This document shows positions 59,490 to 64,000 of a stretch of 64,000 nt of DNA, piece after piece. Position 1 is the stretch's first letter. Each line of letters starts with the position of its first letter. Source of the DNA: Oculina patagonica. Lineage: Eukaryota. The stretch covers positions 37,572,001 through 37,636,000 of the forward strand of contig NC_135758.1 in the NCBI RefSeq assembly GCF_052425735.1. Direction: 5' to 3'. The notes beneath the pieces were generated by a model that was not told the DNA's origin, made no database searches, and saw only the letters and a list, made by a program, of their open reading frames with translations. A program made the position numbers and the translations under genes.

Positions 59490-60566
59490 CAAATTATGAT
59501 TATGTGCATTGCTGGCATCAGGTGTGAGGAGGTCTTTAAAAGTTCTCTATTTTAAATAAAAAAAATTCTTGTTTAAAGTGGTGTTTTGGTTTTGTGGCCC
59601 ATGGACTAGAACATTGCAAGTTTCAAGTATAATAATAAAATTCACAGCTTTGAACAGTACATGTTGAACACCACACGGTTGGTCTTCAGAGGTAGCAAAA
59701 CCTGTGTCCAAGAATTTGTCACAGATATTGTGAACGAAAGGTGCCAATCGGACACATTAACAAGGTGGATGTAGGGGTTTTCAGATAAGAATTAGGTGCA
59801 CTTTTGTTCTGGCCAAAAAACATATAAACTAGCTTCTCATTCTAACTTTTATTTATCAAGTGATAAATCCCTTTCTTATTTTTCTCTTGCAGGAGGGAGT
59901 TTGTTCCATCTGCCTAGGAGGAGTAGGAGAAGTGGTCCCCTGCTGTACCACAACCATTCATGGAGAAAGTGTACAATGACGTAAGTACAGGGTATGAACC
60001 TTTTTTAAGTCTATGAGGTGAATATCTTCTAACTTCATATTCATTCTCTTTGTAGGCTTCAATGACATTGAGAGAAATGAATTACAACTTGATGTGGTGT
60101 AAACTGAAGAGTTCTAAAGAAGGAGAAGATATCAGGATGAAGAAGAACTCACTCAACAATGCACAGAGACGGAGACTGTTTTAATTTGTTCGGCATTATT
60201 TTTTTGCATTTTTTCCCTAGTTGTTTTACCAGGAGAAAAATGTACATTTTCATTTTTCTTTCTCTTGATGATTTATCTTTGTTTTAAAAAATGTAAAAAA
60301 AAAAATTTTTTTAAATTAAACTGTTTTTTTTTTCACCCATTTCCATTGTTTTTCGTTCTAATTCAGCGGAGGGTTCAACATGTAGTATATCTAAATTACT
60401 ACCATTCATTGGTACAGTTGAAACTTATTTTGATATGAATGATTTGGCACAAAGACATCAAAGTCCTTTCTTTTGACACAAAGGCAAAGGGCAACTCAGA
60501 ATTGTCCCATTAAAACTGATTGAAAAAAAGAGAACGAGTCAAAGGTAACTACTGAGAACTCGACTA

Positions 60567-60802
60567 CCGTAAAATTCTGGTTCCCCCCCCCCCCCACTTA
60601 TAAGCCCCTCTGGTTATAATCCCATCTATCCCCCGGATATAAGCCCCCCTCTGCAGGATGACTGTACTGAACAGGGCTAAATGTTGCTTTATTCTGTGTT
60701 TTTAACTTTCATAAAAACGTATTTCGATCAACACTCCCGTGGCTCGTTTCGGAACCCTTATGAAGTTGTATAAGCCCAGGGCTTATAACCGGAATTTTAC
60801 GG
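60567..60802. mobile_element. pogo-like MITE
   Basis: TA-CCGTAAAATTC.GGTT ... AACCGGAATTTTACGG-TA with ATAAGCCC repeats. Confidence 0.75.
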
Positions 60803-61074
60803 TATATTGGGGTTGTGTGGCTTTATACAAATTATGCTGTTAAAGCCTGCCTGGTGTGTTTCTTATCAGCTCAGTTTGAATTATTTTTCTTTTTAGAATC
60901 CTTACCTGCTTTCATATAAAGTTGTATAAGCCCATGCAGGGCAGATACCGGGGTAACTAGGATTTTGTGGTTTTTAAACAAGAGGAAGGGAAACATAGCG
61001 GTAGTTTTTAATTTTTTGTTAATAATTAAATATTATTTCTTTTTTAGAACCACAAAAATTGGACGTTTCAAAAG

Positions 61075-61257
61075 TAGGAGTGGTGAATGGTCCTTCAAAA
61101 ATGCGTGTCTCGCAAAAATTTGAGCAAATTCAGGGGTCCTGTTGTCTCGAATTTTTCTTTGACGCCTTCTCAGAGTCTCGATTTTTTTTGCAAGGCAAAA
61201 AAAGTCTCGGGCTGGCAGAAAAGATGTCAGTCTCACATTTACCATTCAACACCCCTA
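61075..61257. mobile_element. Academ-like MITE
   Basis: TAGG.GTG.TGAATGGT / ACCATTCAACACCCCTA with 4-bp TSD AAAG. Confidence 0.7.
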
Positions 61258-61577
61258 AAAGTGGGTAATTTAACATGGGAAAAAATGTTAAACAAATTCT
61301 CCAAGTCCGTAATCATACAAAATTATGTCACCTCCAAAATTGGAAACTGAGATGTGGCAAAACTTTCATGTGATGAGTTTGTTAATAAAAGCCAATTTTA
61401 CATACCACATGCATCCTTTAACAGTCTTGCTCAACTGCATTTGAGTAAGTCTTTTCCTTTGTAAATCAACTCAGTCATTCACAATCTGTGTTACAGCAGG
61501 TCACAGAATGATCATGGAAAAATACAATTCAAGAGCAGGGAAAATTGAAAATATATAATCTCTGAATGTGATTTCTG

Positions 61578-61977
61578 CCCGGGGGGGGGGCTACTTGAAA
61601 AGGTTTGATACGGGGAGGCTCCGCCCCGAGGTCCAACCCCTTACCCTTTTATATACCATTTTGACAGGAAAGGCACCCCTTTCGTATACCTTTTATTGAA
61701 AAAAGGTACCCCTTTCACATACCTAAATGACACGACATATTCTCATTTTTGTGTAGCGTTTAATAAATTAAAATGAGACACCCATAAGGTGCGTCTGTTC
61801 CAAATATTTTTTATTCAAGGCCCATTTAAATACCTAAATGACAGTTTTCCCTACCCTTTCACATACCTAAACTTGTGAAATCCCTACCCTTTTATATACC
61901 TGAAGCGTGAAAAAGGTACCCCTTTCGGGCGGAGCCTCCCCGTATAGGCGATTATAGGGAGTGCCCCCCCCCCCGGG
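61578..61977. mobile_element. Non-autonomous element with CCCGGGGGG termini
   Basis: Inverted ends CCCGGGGG..TACGGGGAGGCTCCGCCC / GGGCGGAGCCTCCCCGTA..CCCCCGGG, with internal TACCCCTTT repeats. Confidence 0.7.
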
Positions 61978-62392
61978 GATTTCTGCGATGTGTTTCTTTT
62001 GGAAGTGGAGGCTGGAGGTCACTACTATAATTATCTGACATTTGTAGTTATTTGGTAATTGGAAATTTTATTTTTTCAAAAAAAAGTCAGGGAATTTTGA
62101 AAACTGATGTCTGTGTCAACCATATCATGCCAATCTCATCATGCTTGTTTCTTGGTATTTAGAGCTGTTTTCAATTTAATATTAATCTGGCATTTGCTTT
62201 GGGGTTTTTTCCACCAAAGTAAGTTGTAGTCGATGAACATATACATTTATCTCTGTCGGTTTTCAGGCCATCAGGCTTTTAGCTCATATACTAAAATCGG
62301 CATGCAAAGGTTTCCGCTCCCATTTTTCTCTTGGCATAAAAGGCGCGAGAAAATTGGTATGCTTGCAGCCATCCAGGAATACTAACGTGAAC

Positions 62393-62667
62393 CATTCTCG
62401 TCCCCATAGCCCTTTCGTTTCTCTTAGCCGGCTGGGCCTTGGCACGAGGAAACAAAGGGCTCTGGGGACACAGGATTTCCAGTCCTAGATTCTAGGACTT
62501 CCGGTCCTCATGTATGCAGTCATGACGTTTCAAAAGAATGTATAAGAGAGTCGTTACGTTTTCGACTTCCGTTTAGGAATTCCAAACAGCCAAATCAAAA
62601 AGATTCGAATTTATTCAAAAATCCTACGCCGGCTAAGAGAAACGAAAAGGCTATGGGGACGAGAATG
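62393..62667. mobile_element. MITE with ~45-bp TIRs and 9-bp TSD upstream of hnRNP-like gene 2; a second mini-element lies at 62718-62783
   Basis: CATTCTCGTCCCCATAGCC.TTTCGTTTCTCTTAGCCGGC and its reverse complement; TSD AACGTGAAC/AACATGAAC. Confidence 0.75.
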
Positions 62668-62902
62668 AACATGAACGTGGGTGTCCTGTGTCCCAGGACA
62701 CCCGGCTGACCGGGTGCCAATCTCGTTCCCAGGTGCAAGGATCGCGGCCTCCAACGCGGCCTCTGCACCTGGGGACGAGATTGTCCCAGGTGCTCATGGG
62801 ATAGCTATTTTGGCATGCGCAGTAGACCTCAAGAGCACGCGGTCTTGTCCATTCAGTGATTTTGAAGCTTGAGGTTGATTTACTTGTTAAAAAGTTTGAA
62901 TA

Positions 62903-63802
62903 ATGGCGACCCAAACGGACAATGACGAACGAGTGAAGAAGCTCTTTGTTGGTGGATTGAAGAGAGATACATCGGACGAAGTTTTAAAGGAGTACTTTGA
63001 GGCGTACGGTGAATTGTCAGACTGTGTAGTAATCCGCGATAGCAACACGAAGACATCCAGAGGATTTGGTTATGTTACTTTCAGTAACAAAGACAGCGTC
63101 ATCGACGTATTGAAAGACAAGAAGGAAAAGGGAGTGCATATAATTGATGGAAAAGAAGTCGAAGTGAAACGAGCCATTCCAAGGGATGACCAAAGCTCGA
63201 CAGGTCATCTCAAGACGAAGAAAATCTTCATCGGTGGCTTAGCAGACGAAGCAACGGCCGATGATATCAAGCAATGCCTTGCTGATAAAATTCGCGGCAC
63301 TACTCCAACCAGCGTCGACTTGATCATGAAGAAAAATGAAGATGGCACACCTTCAACAAAACATCGTGGTTTCTGTTTTGTTGAATTCGAGGACGAGGAC
63401 ATTGTTGATGAACTCTGTTGCATCAAAAAAGTCAACATAGCTGGAAAAGAAGTGGAAATCAAGAAAGCCGAACCCAAGGACAAAGACAAAGGTGCCCAGG
63501 GGGGTCGTGGTGGACGAGGTGGTGGTCGTGGGGGGTACTCTGGCCGTGGTCGCGGTGGTGGTGGTGGCGGTGGTGGCGATTACGGGTATGGCGGTTACCA
63601 ACAAGGTTATCAATCTTATGGAGGTTACAATGATCCTAGTAGTTATGGTTACGGCTATGATGCCTATGGCAACGGATCTTATGGTAGTTATGGTGGCATG
63701 GGTATGGGTGCCTACCAACAAGCACCTTCAGGTTATGGCCCACAGGGTGGCTATGGACAAGGCGGTGGTGGTGGACGAGGACGGCGTTACCAGCCATACT
63801 AA
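62903..63802 (+). CDS. hnRNP A/B/D-like RNA-binding protein, tandem paralog, 299 aa, intronless CDS
   Basis: Same 2xRRM + RGG/GY architecture as 51869-52741 with high amino-acid identity; ends RRYQPY. Confidence 0.93.
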   Translation: MATQTDNDERVKKLFVGGLKRDTSDEVLKEYFEAYGELSDCVVIRDSNTKTSRGFGYVTFSNKDSVIDVLKDKKEKGVHIIDGKEVEVKRAIPRDDQSSTGHLKTKKIFIGGLADEATADDIKQCLADKIRGTTPTSVDLIMKKNEDGTPSTKHRGFCFVEFEDEDIVDELCCIKKVNIAGKEVEIKKAEPKDKDKGAQGGRGGRGGGRGGYSGRGRGGGGGGGGDYGYGGYQQGYQSYGGYNDPSSYGYGYDAYGNGSYGSYGGMGMGAYQQAPSGYGPQGGYGQGGGGGRGRRYQPY

Positions 63803-64000
63803 AGAACAGGTGAGGCAGACCTTATCTCATTAGTCTTCCTAGACACTCAGAAGAAATAAGTTGGCCCCCTTGATGTAACAAAAACTTGTTCTGTCCTATG
63901 TTTTGAAATGATGCTATTCTTTTTTGGCATGGAAGGGGGGGGGGGGGGAGGAGCATTATAAAATGCCTGCTTTTTTAAAATACATCTTTGCCAACTCCTG

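Noticed and set aside
59976-59979. Selenocysteine TGA in the RING-like frame
   Set aside because: The next exon does not complete a RING domain, and I could not identify a convincing SECIS element.

Overview
AT-rich, intron-containing animal genomic DNA. The repeat landscape (tRNA-derived SINEs, hAT elements with 5-bp TSDs, Academ-like and Kolobok-like MITEs, Penelope-type minimal hammerheads) points to an anthozoan cnidarian, probably a stony coral; this is inference. By reading GT-AG splice sites and checking phase I reconstructed six conserved genes: CENP-W (minus, partial), head-to-head with a C8orf76-like TPR protein (8 exons); PMPCA (11 exons); TBC1D13 (minus, 17 exons), head-to-head with the first of two tandem hnRNP A/B/D-like 2xRRM genes whose CDSs are intronless. 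Between PMPCA and TBC1D13 is a ~25 kb accessory block with two divergent orphan genes (131 aa and 164 aa). Each has its CDS in one exon plus predicted spliced 5'UTR exons, and the 164-aa protein has a central Gly/Ala-rich hydrophobic segment. The block also holds a signal-anchor ORF. Both hnRNP paralogs have a splice donor just after the stop codon, and orphan exon-like segments lie between them. Several stretches look like uncorrected long-read errors (G-rich island, inflated homopolymers, one degraded inverted-repeat arm). No CRISPR, rRNA or real tRNA genes were found. Homology calls are from memory of protein families; no searches were run.
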